Made by a program: the position numbers and the translations under genes. The notes beneath the pieces were generated by a model, which saw only the letters and a list, made by a program, of their open reading frames with translations, was not told where the DNA came from and did no database searches. A stretch of DNA of 64,000 nt, taken from assembly GCA_032718475.1 (NCBI GenBank), contig JAUCBJ010006659.1, positions 1 through 64,000 of the forward strand. The letters run 5' to 3'. Positions 11,805 to 25,400 of this stretch are shown here, piece by piece. Origin of the DNA: Nemertoderma westbladi. Its lineage: Eukaryota > Animalia > Xenacoelomorpha. Every line of letters begins with the position of its first letter. The first letter of the stretch is position 1.

Positions 11805-14800
11805 TTACCACTTACGGACTTCCACAGATCGGACTCTTCCGTCCTCGTCGGTGTAAGTGTCTACTACTCTCGCTAACCTCCACTGATTGTTGATGATTGT
11901 GTCGTCGGTGACGATCACTAAATCACCTTTCTTTAACTCTCTAGTGGTATTTCTCCACTTGTTCCTCCTGTGTAATGTGGGTAGATATTCCTCGACCCAC
12001 CTCCTCCAGTATTCTGCGCTTATCGCCTTGGCGACTTTCCAACTCTGTCGGGAGGGTATGTCATCTGGGTCTACACCCCGCATGTCGATGGTCGCTGGCC
12101 TTTCCATAAGAAAGTGGCTCGGTGTTAGCATGTCTAGTGATTCCGGGTCGTTATTCTCTGGATATAGCGGTCTGCTATTGATGATTCCCTCGCACTTAGC
12201 TAACACCGTCCTCAGAATATCCTCTGTCACCATGTGGGTGTTCATCAACTTCGTCATCAGACCCTTGGAACTACCCACAAGCCTATCGACGCATCCTAAA
12301 GTATGTGGCGCATACGGCGTCCTCCTTTCCCACTTCACCTGTCATCTCCTCATGGCTGCCCTGACTTCTTCTCCTTCCAGGATGTCCAAGGCCTCCGCCA
12401 ACTCGTTCTCTGCCCCCACAAAGTTGGTTCCATTGTCGGAATAGATCACTGCGATCGTCCCACCTTTTCGGTCCCTGAATCTCTCTAAGGCATTGATGAA
12501 TGCCGATGCTGTGGCGTCCTGGGCGAGTTCTATCCCTACCGCCCTCGTGTTGTTACATACGAAGATGATGCCGTATCGTTTCTCCGTGTGTCGCATCACC
12601 TTGATCTTTATGGGCCCGAACATGTCTACACCGCAGTGCGTGAATGGCAGGTCGTGCTGTCTCACCCTACTGGCTGGTAATGGCGCCATCTCCTGTACGG
12701 CCCGCTCCTTTTTCGTCCGTCAGCAGGTCTGGCACTGCCCCACTACCGCCTTCACCTTCTTTCTTAGCTGTGCGATCCAGAAGGTCCTCCGTATCTCTGT
12801 GAGGGTCTGGTTGGTGCCTCCGTGCAATATCGTCTTGTGGGAGTCCAAATGATCTGGTGGACTATCGGCGATCTGTTGGGGATGATAATGGGTTTTGGTG
12901 GGACGATAAGGCTGTTGTTATTCAGCACTCTGGAATTCATCACCAGAATCCCGTCATCATTGAGTTGTGGTGACAGTGTGATGAGCTCGCTGTCCCGACG
13001 AAGGTGTTGTTGTTTGCGACCCAAATCACATCGTCGCCATAGTTCTTTCTCTGTTTGTACCGTATTACCATCGTAGCCGCTCCTTCCAGATCGATGTTTG
13101 GTTTCCTCTTGGCGTCCTTGCCAACTCCCTTCGGAAATTCCCGTAGGCCCTCCAGTACTCCACCAACTTCTTGGTCTTGTACCAACTGGAGCTGTAGCTA
13201 AGTAGCCTATCTGTCGGGTTGTCGCATGGCTCTTCTAATTTCGGTTGCACCTCCCTGACTTCCCTCACCATCTGACTATATATCTCTTCTCCCTCTGAGT
13301 CTTCTTCCTCTCCCCCTGGTGCTACTTCCTCTGAACCCGGGTCCACCTTCTTCATTGGTGGCCAGGCCGATCTATTGTTCAGGAAGTGTGGCCCGTGCTG
13401 CCACAACACTTCCTTCTTTAAGAAAGTGTGGCGTGCCACACCCCTCAATAACAAGTCTGCTGGGTTCTCGTCCGTTGGACAGTAGTGCCACCTTTCCAAG
13501 TCTGTTGTCGCCCTTATTTCGTCCACCCTATTTGCGACGAATATAGGGTATCTCGTCTTCTCATTGTGCAGCCATCCAAGCACTACCATGGAGTCCGTCC
13601 AGTAGTGTGTTTCCACTATGTTGGGAATAGTGTCCATCAAGTAGGCTGTGGCCCTTTCTCCTAATCTTGCAGCTGTCAACTCGAGTTTTGGGACCAATGC
13701 TGAATCTGGCGGCGTCGACTTTGCTTTGCTGAATGCAAGTCTGGGCTTATGAGCCCCCTTTCGTTGTACTAGGTAGAGTGCCGCTCCGTATGCTTCCAAT
13801 AATGCATCGGAGAACATGTGTAGGTCCAGATCCGTCATGTCCCAATCCGGGAAATACACGCGTGGCATGCTGTACGTCCCCATCTGTTCTAAACTCCCCG
13901 TCCACTTACTCCACTGCTTGCTGATTTCTTCCGGGACCTCTGTATCCCACTCGTCCTTTAACTTATATACTTTCTTAAGTATCTGTTTCCCCGTGACTAA
14001 CAGTGGGGATGCTAGGCCTAGGGGATCGTATATCCTTGCTATGTACGATACATAGCCCCTCTTTGTGTGGATGTCCGCGCCCTCCTGGCTCAGTTGGTAC
14101 TTGAACTCGTCTGTCTCCCGGTTCCACACAATCCCCAGTGCCTTCTGCTGAGACTCCACTCTCTTGCTCGCCATGTCCTGTCCCTTGGCTGTTGTGGGGT
14201 TATCCATGGTCGACTCTGGCCGTCTGTCCTCTATGGCTTTCATAAACTCCTCTGAGCTGGATTGGAACTTGGTCAGGTTAAACCCGGATCCCTTCAGGAT
14301 GTCGCGAACCTCGCGCCCTGTATCCAGTAATTCTTTAACCGTGTTTTCAGACTCCATTCCGTCGTCTACATAGAAGCCGCGTCGAATCATATCGACTGCT
14401 TTGGCGCTATACTTCCCTTTTTTTCCCCTCTACTGTATCTTTTACAGCCACAGTCGTCGTAAATGAGGACGACTTGGCCCCCATGTTCTGCACCACCATC
14501 TTGTACATCGGTATTATCGACGGTTCCTCATCACCGTTGTACCATAGGAAGCGCTGGCTGTCGCTATCCTCCTCCATCACACGGACTTGGTTGAACATGC
14601 CTTCAATGTCGCAGGTGAAGGCGTGTCTCCCATTTCTGAATCTCAGTAGGACCTCGATTCCTGAGTTATAGATATTGGGGCCCTCCAGCAGGTAGTTGTT
14701 TAGGCACTTGCCATTGGTTTTAGCCGATGCGTCAACTACCATCCGTAATTTACCTTTCTTTGGATCTAAAGCCATATGAAGTGGCAGGTAGTAGGTCCTG

Positions 14801-15794
14801 TCCGTGTTCGGCTCGTCGACCGGCAACTCCACGGCCCATCCTTTCTCGACATACTTCTTTATCGTCTTGTGGATGTACTCATCCTTCTCGGGGCTCCGTT
14901 TCAGCATTTGCTTCAGTTTACGAAGCCTCGTGAGTACCATTCCCTTGTTCTCCGGTAACGGTAATTTTGGTTGTTTCCGCACCATGCCTATGGTGTACCG
15001 CCCCTCGTCGCATCTCATCTACTCCTTCACACTTTGTATCGCTTGTTCATCCTCTACCGAGGTTCCGACCCCGGTCTCCTTTAGTCCCTCAAAGTCCTGT
15101 CTCAGCAGTCTCCTAAGCTGCTCCTCAGCTCCTCAGCTCCTTCATCCTCCATCTCCCTCATAGTTCCCGCGAACATGCACCCTGATGTCTCCAAAATCCT
15201 AAACGGAATCTTGGTTTTAATTGGGCCGCTTAGCGTCCACCCGAATGGTGTTAGAATTGCCATCGGGTCACGCTGTCTGTCTTCACCGAAGACCATTTGC
15301 ATTCTCTCGTGGGCCGTCGGGCAATCCATTCCCACTATGATGGATACCTTCCTGACGTCCACCTCTGGTATCGAGAAATCGATGTTGTCCAGGAATCTGT
15401 ATTGTTCGACCTCGATGTTGGTTGGTCGCCTGGCGTTGATGTTGATCGATTCTATTACCTGGATGGGGTCGATGGTCGCCCCATAATCGCATCCCGGTGC
15501 TATCGCTGCTATCTCGCACCGTCCCATCCTCATCTCCAGGACCTCATCTTTGCTGGAGATGGTTGTTACTGCCATCCTACTTGGCCTCGTCTTTAGTCCT
15601 ATCTCTTCGGCCACCCAATTCTCCACCAATGTGAAGGCTGCTCCACTGTCGACCAGCGTCAACGTGGTTACTGATCGACCGCCTTCCCCTATCACCCTCA
15701 CTGGTACTACCCCGAGTAGTACAGTTCCCCTTTTCTTCACCCCTATGGTGCTTGTCGCCATTGTTTGACCTTTGCCTTGACCGAATCTTACTGG
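11805..15794 (-). pseudogene. pol: Element A pol, fragmented: protease (LVDSGA; 15102-15761), RT/RNase H (YVDD; 13065-15018), integrase (11805-13024)
   Basis: Recognisable Pao pol motifs split by several stops and frameshifts across the ORF track. Confidence 0.93.
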
Positions 15795-17004
15795 TGTAAA
15801 AGCTTTTGTGGGATATAACTGGCCCTTTTGCTTCGCAATCCAGTTTCCCTCAATGCACTCAAATACTCTAAAGTAAATCTCCCTAACTCAAATGATGCAA
15901 GCTACCGGCTGATTGGCTGATTTGCTGTACGTATGGCCTCTTTGTTCTGTTCGATCAACCAACCAGAGCAAGGTCAACCAAGCAGAGTGATTCATCCTGT
16001 GTGTTGGCTAAGGGCTGCAAAAACCCGAATAGTTCGGCATTTAGACATTCGTGGAATCTGTGGAATATGGAGCTCTGCCAATGAGAGCTTTTCCTCTTTG
16101 TGTTGAAAGCTACCTGCAACAGCTCACAGGGTTCAGTGTGTTGGTTTTTCCAGAGCCTAGAACATCGGCTATGGAATTATTCTGAATTATTCCAACATTA
16201 GAACGACTTTAATTATAAGAACACATAACTGTTACTGGAACGGTACGGAACGGTACTGTACGGTACGGTACGGTACGGTACCTACTGCTGTATTGCACAT
16301 TATTTACTGCTATTTACTGTTTGTTGTTAATTGTATCAGTTGTTTACATATTGTTATTTGGAGAATAACGATAAACGATCAGAAACCCCGATCTTCTTGA
16401 TACACTAAGGTTAGAGAGACCGGTTACATATAGCAATTGCGACTTATATTATCATGGTTTGTAGTGAATTGAATGCTATTTTATAGGCCCTACAAATGTC
16501 GGTTGCTATTCTCTTTATATATGATTAAAATTCATTGACGGTCGGCAGATTAGTGTGCAGTATTGTGCGGTACCGGTAGTGTGCATGATTGTGGCTGATA
16601 ACTAAGCATTTCCTAAAGAATGCGCCTCATACGTGAATCATAAGCCTTACAGTCTTACAGTTGTGTTTAGTATAAGTCATATCTCTGTTTACCTAGATAG
16701 AGCGCCACGTCCTAAAGGAACTGTTAATATTTCCCGAAAGTGAATAATACTCGTCAGAAATTATTTATTAACGATCAATCGAATAATACAGTAAGCTTAC
16801 ACTGCAATAATAAAATCTAAGCCCCATCCGAATCCAGTCTCCCGGGTATATCCAGCGGGTGAATGGACGCGCACTAGGCTGGCTTCGGCTAATGTTGTGT
16901 TTATTGGTATTAAATACTTGTCATTTACTAAAGTCTATTTATAAACCAAAAGACATATAAATTTTGGCAGGTTAAACTGCTAAAGGTCTTCAAAAGCGCG
17001 TACA
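15795..17004 (+). repeat. B LTR1 (1210 bp), chimeric: B2-type left part, B1-type right part
   Basis: 15795-~16530 matches LTR3 (59192); ~16526-17004 matches LTR2 (30721). Confidence 0.9.
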
Positions 17005-17016
17005 ATAACAGTTATA
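17005..17016 (+). other. B1 non-tRNA primer-binding site ATAACAGTTATA
   Basis: Abuts the LTR-terminal CA; no TGG; exact complement TATAACTGTTAT in the cognate LTR2 at 31144-31155. Confidence 0.65.
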
Positions 17017-17065
17017 GTCTTTATTGCAGTAAGCAATAAAGTTGAAAGTACCGGTCGACCGGTAA

Positions 17066-17270
17066 ACCTGAACCGGTACTGCTGTAGGTCCATAGGCCCA
17101 ACTGCCAGAACCGGTACTACTGTAGGTCCGTAGGCCCAACTGCCAGAACCGGTACTGCTGTGGGTCCGTAGGCCTAACTGCCTGAACCGGTACTGCTGTA
17201 GGTCCATAGGCCTAACTGCCTGAACCGGTACCGCTGGAGGTCTGTAGGCCCAACTGTCCTAACCAGTACT
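17066..17270 (+). repeat. 36-bp tandem repeat in B1 5' leader
   Basis: GAACCGGTACTGCTGTAGGTCCATAGGCCCAACTGC, about 5-6 copies. Confidence 0.85.
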
Positions 17271-17442
17271 TCCAGTATAAGTACATTAGTATTATTCGAT
17301 TTTGATTATTGTATACTGGTAGGTCTTAGTATTTAATCAGGGACTGCAGCCCTGGTTTTTTATTGAGATTTTACTTATTTCTGTCGGTTTTATTTACATG
17401 TAAGTTAATATTGAGCTGAAGACGTGTAAGTCTGCTCAGATT

Positions 17443-18020
17443 GTTCAGATAATTGTAGGCTGGACTGTTGTCTGACTGTTGTTGGGTCTGGAGAGATTGC
17501 GGCGTGTGTAGAGTCTGTCCGATAAAGTGCCAGTTAGTAAGTTGGGGCATCTTGAGTTGTAAGGTCAATCCCCTCTTAAAGAATAAGTCGTACTACCATG
17601 TTAGAACGCATACTAACTAACCATTTTGGAATCTGCATATACTGTAGTTTATTTAGGCTTGATAGTAGTCTGCCAGCGTTTTAGCCTGTGTTTGTTTGTG
17701 TGGTCTGTTCAGGTACCGTAATAGTTATTACTCAGATATTTTGTAGGCTGGATTGTTGTCTAGCTATTATTAGGTCTGAAGAGATTGCTGCGTGTGTAGA
17801 GTTTGTCTGATAAAGTGCCAGTTAGTAAGTTGGGGCATCCAGAGCTGTAAGGTCAACCCCCTCCTAAAGAATAAGTCGTACTACCGTGTTAGAACGCATA
17901 CTAACTAACCATTTCGGAATCTGCACATACTGTAGTTTATTTAGGCTTGGTGGTAGTCTGCCAGCATTTGGTTTGTATTTTGTTTGAGTATTCTGTACGG
18001 GTAGCGTAATATTTATTATT
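17443..18020 (+). repeat. ~288-bp direct duplication in B1 5' leader
   Basis: Block TCAGATA..TTGTAGGCTGGA...GGTAGCGTAATA occurs at ~17445 and ~17732. Confidence 0.8.
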
Positions 18021-19314
18021 CAGAGTTTATGCGATTATTCGCAACATTCATGTCCTCAAGTTTATTCCAACAGTAATTGTGCTTGTTACACATACCGTTA
18101 TAGTTAAATTAACCCCAGTACTATACGGGCTGCTTGGCGTAGGTAAAGACTGGTGACTTTGTGCTCCGGTCACTCCAGCAGATGCCATGGTTCTTTTAAC
18201 TGTTCAAGTATATTTAACTGCTAGTTATCTGTTTTAATAAGTACTTGTACCTAATTTAGGGTTTAGTGTACAGTGCTTTCCGAAAGTAATTAGTGTGTAG
18301 GCAGTGTATTGTGTTGTAAAGTGGTTAATAGGCACGTTGGATCTGGTAGTCCACGGTAATTAACTTCCAGGTAGGAACACTCCGTGATACATAACGTAGT
18401 ACCTATAGCGATACGGCTATAGGTCGTCAGACGGTGGTATTTTTCCTATCTGGACAGCGCAACATATTTACTACTACTTATTATTTTAAAATACCGTAGT
18501 ACCCTGTCCGTTGTAATAACCAGAATTCTAACCCTTTGTTAGACTGGTTTGTAGTTTCCCTGTAAAATTACCCTAAAATTTCGTACGTAATATTTTGTTG
18601 TGTTTAGTTAGAGAATTAATCTCACCCGTATCGTACGTAATTTGTAGTATTAAGTAACTTAGGTAAATTAGAATTATTTGTTTTAGTGTCCAACAAGTAG
18701 CACTTCACTGAGAGCGCACAGCTTTGTGTAGTGACTCCCCCCAGAAATAAAAACATTTATTTCAAATATTGACAAAACCCATTTTAAAGGGTATATATAT
18801 ATTATAAATCAGCTCAAACGATTTATAAATAGTAGGCCTGCCATACAACAACTAGGTCTTAATATCAGTTGGGCTACTGCTTAAATAACGGTAATAAAGT
18901 AAGTTAAAGTAACCAAGTAACCCTAAAATTTCAGAAATTCAATTATTCTAAAATAATTGACATACCGGTATTTACCATAGGCTTATTATATTTATTTCTA
19001 TAAATTTGGGCTGAAATCATACCGGTATTCTGTAATTAATTCTAGTTCATAATTATACTTATATATACTATAAGTGTAAGCTGCATACCGGTATTCACGA
19101 TAGGCCTATTATATATTTATATATATTTGTGCTAAAATTATATACCGGTATTCTGCGACAAACCTAGTCTACAATACTTATATATACTATAAGTGTATAC
19201 CGGTATTCTAATATACTGTAATAAAATACTGGTACTAGGCCAACGGTCATACTGAATTACTAGACTTGCTTTAACTGTAACTATAGCAGTAAGCATTCAA
19301 CTGTATAGCTAAGC

Positions 19315-22300
19315 ATGTCTGACACTAAGCAAAACCTGTCAGACAGTCTAATCGATACAACCATCTGTGACACAGATAGGAGTGTGGAGCGATTAAGAAA
19401 AGGGTTCAGCTCACCTCCTACTGAAAGAAAGGTCATCCCTCCAGTAGTAGTATCAGACCCTAGGCTAATCCAACACCGTAGGTCTATCATCGGCACTCGG
19501 GCCCAGGTCAAACGGAACCAAGAAGCAGCTGTCCAACAGCAGCAACATCCTAGTCAAGAAACTCGTTCCCAGCGACCCGATAGCTCCAGTAGTTCGGATA
19601 CTGTAGAGCTAACCCCCGAACGCGGAGTGAAGATGGCGGCTACAGCCTATTCGGATCCCCTTCTCACCCTTCCTGCCGCAGTACTAACTACTATATTGAT
19701 TGCGGTGGAGGAACACCAAGTCGATTGGGCGAGAAGTAAGCGAGCGACCCAAGATAGTTATGCGGGATACGCCAGGGAAGAATTGATGTCTATTGTCGAG
19801 TCACAATGGAACTTTCCCGGACCCGGACTCCCGTTAGATTTGTCCGAAGCTACTTGGGAAGACATACACAGGATGGGAGTGACTAAAGATACGATGGATC
19901 CAGCTGTTTGGAAGAGGTCGGCAGCAGGATATGTGCAGGGATTCTTCAGCTCCTTAGAGCGATTAGAAGAACAACTGTTTCGACAACCCCAAGGACCTCA
20001 AGAGCAGGAAGAGCTGCTATATCAAGTACGCGAAAGAACCCTACGCATTAGACTAATCCTATCAGCCTTTGAGGAAACTTCCAAAAGAAGACAGGACACG
20101 TCGCTGCAAGTTGCTGTCAAGACTTGGTTCCAGCGGGTAGGTCTCAAAGTACAAGAAACGGCCCAGTGGAAATCCCAGCTGTCTGAGCGACCAACCTATG
20201 AAGAATCAACCGATGCCACCTTTTCTCAAGACCGCAGAGAGACCGCGAACGAGAGACGCCATAGACATCTATCTGTCAGACTATCAACGTTTCCTAGGTG
20301 ATGAAGAGTTGAGGAGACGACTGGCTGGACTTCGCCCCAATAGTGAAGGAGCCAAGCTTGTGTTGGACTCAATCGATGAGGAAATGTTAGCTGCAAACCA
20401 AGCTAAATTTGATGAAAAACTCCGCCTCGCTAGAGTCCAAGAAGAACAAGTAAAGAAAAAACGGATAGAGGACCGAAAGGCAGCAGCAGTAGCAGCGGCA
20501 ATGGCAGAAGCAGAAGTGGAAAGAAAGGCGGCAGCGGCAATGGCAGAAGCAGAAGCGGAAAGAAAGGCGGCAGCGGCAATGGCAGAAGCAGAAGCGGAAA
20601 GAAAGGCGGCAGCGGCAATGGCAGAAGCAGAAGCGGAAAGAAAGGCGGCAAAGGCAGTGGCAGAAGCAGAACGGAGAGCGTCTGAGGAGACTACCCAACT
20701 GGAGTTGGAAAATCTGCAAGAGACGCAAGACTGCATAAATAAACAGTTAACTGCTAGTCAAATGCAGATGATGAGTCGATCTACTCCCAAATGCCAAGGA
20801 TACACATCATCGGAGGAAGGCGAGACCACCGATCCTGAAGGCGGAGGAAATAGATCTCGTCTAAACAGGCGTAGAAAAACATCTCACCGTCACAAATTGC
20901 CTGATTTGCCCCCAGCGGTTAGAAGACAACTAGCTAGCACAGACTTAGGTAGTACAGAACCCACAGACCAAATTATTAAGGTCAAAAGACTCCCTACTAT
21001 AGTTGATGAGCCTGAAATAATTAGGCCTGTCGTTCCCAAAGCCACTCCTGTGCTAGAGACCCCTGTACTTCCAGAGCTTAACTCTAAATTCCCTCTACAC
21101 AGTACTACACTGCCTGTACCCGGTAGAACAGTCCATGCGAATATCCCTGTCCTGGACACTGAGAGAGAAATCAAAGATTTGTCTCCCGTCGTCCCGCGTC
21201 GGCCCGCTACAATGTTGGCAACTCCCGCTTCGGCGGTCGAGTGGGTAGAGGAGGGACGGCGGGGGATGAATCTCCTGCTCGGACAGATGCAGGAGACTGT
21301 CCACCAACTTAAGGGAACAGTAAGGGAAAGTAGGTTAGAATTGCAAGAAGTGCAGCAAAGTATCGCGCTGGAACGCGACAAATTAGTCAATATACAAAAG
21401 GGTATACCAATACCCCCTGTAACATTGTGTCAACCTGTTAGGTCTGAAGTATTACATGCGCAAGGTGTGGAGCCTACACGCATCTATACTGCTAGTGAAG
21501 TAGAAACTCCTATAGCAAACCCTATTAAGGGTGATTATAAACCTGTTATTAATGATATTCCCTATAGACTTGATAATAATCCGAGAAATTCATATACCGA
21601 TAATTCGATATTAAATAACACGATGGCCCAAGAAAGCTTTACGCGTCAGATGGCTAGAACAGAAGCCCGCCAAGCGGTCAAAGTGGGAGAGATCGTCAAA
21701 TTCAATGGAGATGAGATGAAATGGTTACCTTTCAATGAATATTACAAAGATAGCATACAGAACTCTGTACTATCTAACGGAGAGAAGCTTAGATTCCTCA
21801 TCAAGTGTTTGGAAGGACCTCCCAAGTTAATGGCGCTAAAGTTTATTGGACATCCAGATGGATTAAGACAAGTTTGGGATACATTAAACACCAGGTATGG
21901 TAACAAGGATAACATAGCTAAGTATTTGTATGCAAAATTAGTAGCCCCCCGAAACTTCCTTAGTAGCGGGATTATAGAGTTTTCCGATGAGATTCAGGAG
22001 ATCTGTAGACAATTGGACTGGTTAGGTAAGTCTCATGAATATCAGAGTTCCATGGTTATTGGAGCCGTAGTCTCTACTTTACCAAAGGGTGGAGTATGTA
22101 CACGCTGGGACAAGAAAGTGTTGTATATGAATGAGCAGCAATGACGAAGCCCTACCATGGCTGATCTCATGTCCTTCTTAGATGGTGAAGTAAAACTACA
22201 ACTCATCAAGCAGTCCAGAGAGAAAACATCGGAAAATAAGGTAAGTGAGAAACCCGTTTCTAGGAGAAGAGTAACACCAGTGTGTTACACTGACGACGGC

Positions 22301-22453
22301 TAAAGCCAAGCTTCTCAAGAAGAGGACAGCGGGAAAGACACTGACCGATTTTACTACGTTATCAAAACCTCAAAGGACGTAAGTAAATACAAGGCTCGAA
22401 CCAAAGATAGGAGAGAACAGGTTGCCAAAACTCCTCCTCAGTCTCCTAACAGA
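19315..22453 (+). pseudogene. gag: B1 gag N-terminal/central region, frameshifted near 20200, with stops at 22142 and 22301
   Basis: Coiled-coil Ala/Glu 39-bp repeat (20477-20670); Pao gag DUF1759-like motif KFNGDEMKWLPF...LSNGEKLRFL. Confidence 0.85.
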
Positions 22454-25400
22454 ATGCACGGAAGAAAGCCCGAAGAAAGAACGAGAGTGCATCACGTTAC
22501 CCAAGGTAAAGTGAGTAACATCAAACCAAACTGTGCGCTGTGCGACGGGCCCCACCGTTTGAGTGCGTGTGCTGAATTTCTAAAGAAATCCCTTGTAGAC
22601 AGACATGCATTCATGTGGGATAAGCGGTTATGCTATAATTGCCTCAGATCAGGACACCAACGGCGAACCTGTTACTCCGACGTAAAGTGTGCAAAGTGTG
22701 GCGCGAAACATCACATTTTGTTACACAGTGAGTTCGAACGAGACAACCCGAGTCAGGTAAGTGAGCCCGAACTACATGTCCAATTCAGTGATGTAAATGA
22801 CACTAATCAAGAGTCTGAGATGGAAGGATTCTATACTGACGAATTCTCCGACGCCAACGAATCCTGTTACCTAATAAATACCGCAGTATATCGAGCACTT
22901 ACTTACGAAAAGGACACCGACAATGAGTTCCCCCCAACTACCTTTGCCAGACAACCATCTTGGAAAGCTCCAACTTCCAACGTAGGAATCAGAGAATTTC
23001 CTGTAGTGCAGGTAAGAGTTCACGGTCCTAACAAAAGTTACATAGTGAACGCCCTCCTTGACTCCGGCAGCACAGGAACATTCATCGATCAAGAACTAGC
23101 CGAAGATATCTTTGCTGGACAACCCAAATTCCGGACTAAATTGAATATGTCAGGAATTATGCAGGTTTGGAAATCTACCATAACGGCAGATTACTATGTA
23201 GGTGCATTGTCCACCCCCCAGGATAAATTAGGAGCACAAAGTATAAGGTCAGTAAAAATGGTGGCTATAAAGAACTTCGCTACTACCCAAGTAGAACCTT
23301 ATAACTGGGACGAGGACGAGAGCATCCAACAGCTTAAGATACCTCGATTCCAGACAGATTATCCTGGAGTGCAAATACTCATCGGCCAAAACGCGCATGA
23401 GGCGCTCGAGACATTGGAGAAACGGCCTGCTCAACCGCAGCCACTACAAACCTATGCGGTAAGAACTAGAGTAGGTTGGTACTTTACTGGCCCTTCCCGC
23501 AGAACTCTCGAAGAGAGAATGCCACAAGAACGAATATACCAAGTAAACGATTGGGAAGTGGAGAACAGTGAGGTGGACGAACTAACTGAGGGAACACCAT
23601 ACTCCTCAGATAATGACGACATCTACCAACTCTTCGATGAAGAGAACACAATCGACCTACTTACAGAAAACAAAACTTGGAAAAACCAGGTGAACCTATG
23701 TCAACTGATTCGCCCATCGGGACCCATTGATTACAATGACGAACTAAATGATGAGATAGAGCGCTACAACGCTAGAACTCGGGACGAACTCGCCGTACGA
23801 TTCTTTACTCAAGAATTGGTAGAGCCCAATTCATACGACAAGGCCCTATCGATAGAAGAAGAAAGAGCCAAGCAAATCCAGGAAACAACTACACGTTTTT
23901 TAAAAGATCAAGGTAGATATGAAATCGGCCTACCATTTCGAAAACGAGAACCTAGATTTATAAATAACAGACCCTTGGCAGAGAAAAGAATCACTCAATT
24001 ACATCGACGCCTTACGGCTAATGCTTCAGCTAAAGAAATGTACCAAACTCAGTTGAAGAAATTTATTACAAAGGGATACGCGGAGCGAGTACCGGAAGGA
24101 ACACCAGTAACTGAGAGAACGTATTACTTAACACATCATTACGTTCCCAAACCCGGTAAACCCCATGAAGTACGAGTCGTATTCGATGGCTCCGCTCTAT
24201 ACATGGGCCAATCCCTCAATTCCGAGTTGTTACCAGGACCCAACTTACTCCAATCTTTGTTGGGAATACTTTTAAGATTAAGACAATATTCCATCGCGTT
24301 CGCCTCCGATATAGAAGGAATGTTCTTACAAGTCAAGGCGCTGGATAGAGATAGAGACAGCCTAAGATTTCTGTGGTGGCCTGAAGGAGATCGCAACCAG
24401 AAACCGGTAGAGTACTGGATGACCATCCAGGCTTTTGGGATCATATCAAGCCCTTCCAACGCCTGCTCCGTGGTGCGGACCACTGCGAATGACAACCGGG
24501 ACGCCTTCTCAAAAGAGGTGATAGACAACATCAAGCGTGATATATACATGGACGACAATTTAAAGTCCCTTCCATCAGTAGAAGAAGCCATTGATGTCGC
24601 GAAAGGAACGGTAGAGTGTTTGAAAAGAGGTGGATTTCGACTGAAGAAATTCAGCAGCAACGCCCGTGAGTTTCTGGAAGCGATACCGGTAGAAGACCGA
24701 GGAACGAAAGACCTAGACTTAATAAAGGACGATCTTCCAGAAACCAAGACGCTTGGCTTGAAGTGGGACACAGAAAGAGATATCCTGTTTTTTCAGCTAA
24801 AGCAGCGAGATAATCCAGTTCGGACCAAGCGGATTTGTTTAAGTATCCTGAGCACTTATTTCGACCCATTGGGATTTATTAGCCCAGTTATATTGATTGC
24901 TCGGAGTTTAGTACAACAAATGTGGCTTGAAAACCACTCATGGGACGATCCACTTAAGGGAGAACTGTTAAAGAAGTGGATGAAATGGGAAGATTCTCTA
25001 CCTGCCATCGAGAGCTTTGTAATTTCCCGTGCATATTTTGGTCATGTTCTTCCTACATATTCCTATCAACTCCATGTGTTTGGAGACGCCAGCGACATGG
25101 GAATAGGTATAGTAGCATATCTGCGAGTCGAAACTCCGGATGGAATCAAAGTCGCCTTGGTTACCTCTAAGGCATTGATTAACAACAAGTTAAAGGTTCC
25201 TCGAGCGGAGTTAAAGGCGGCTTTATACGCTACAGCCATCGGCCGGAACGTAACAGAACAAATCGACTATCCACTGGAGAAAACTGTTTATTGGACCGAC
25301 GCTTTACTCATGTTGGAGTATATAACCAATGAAGTCTGTCAGTTCAGCGTTTTTGTTACTAACAGGGTAGCTATTATTCTTAGTCGCACAAAGATAGATC

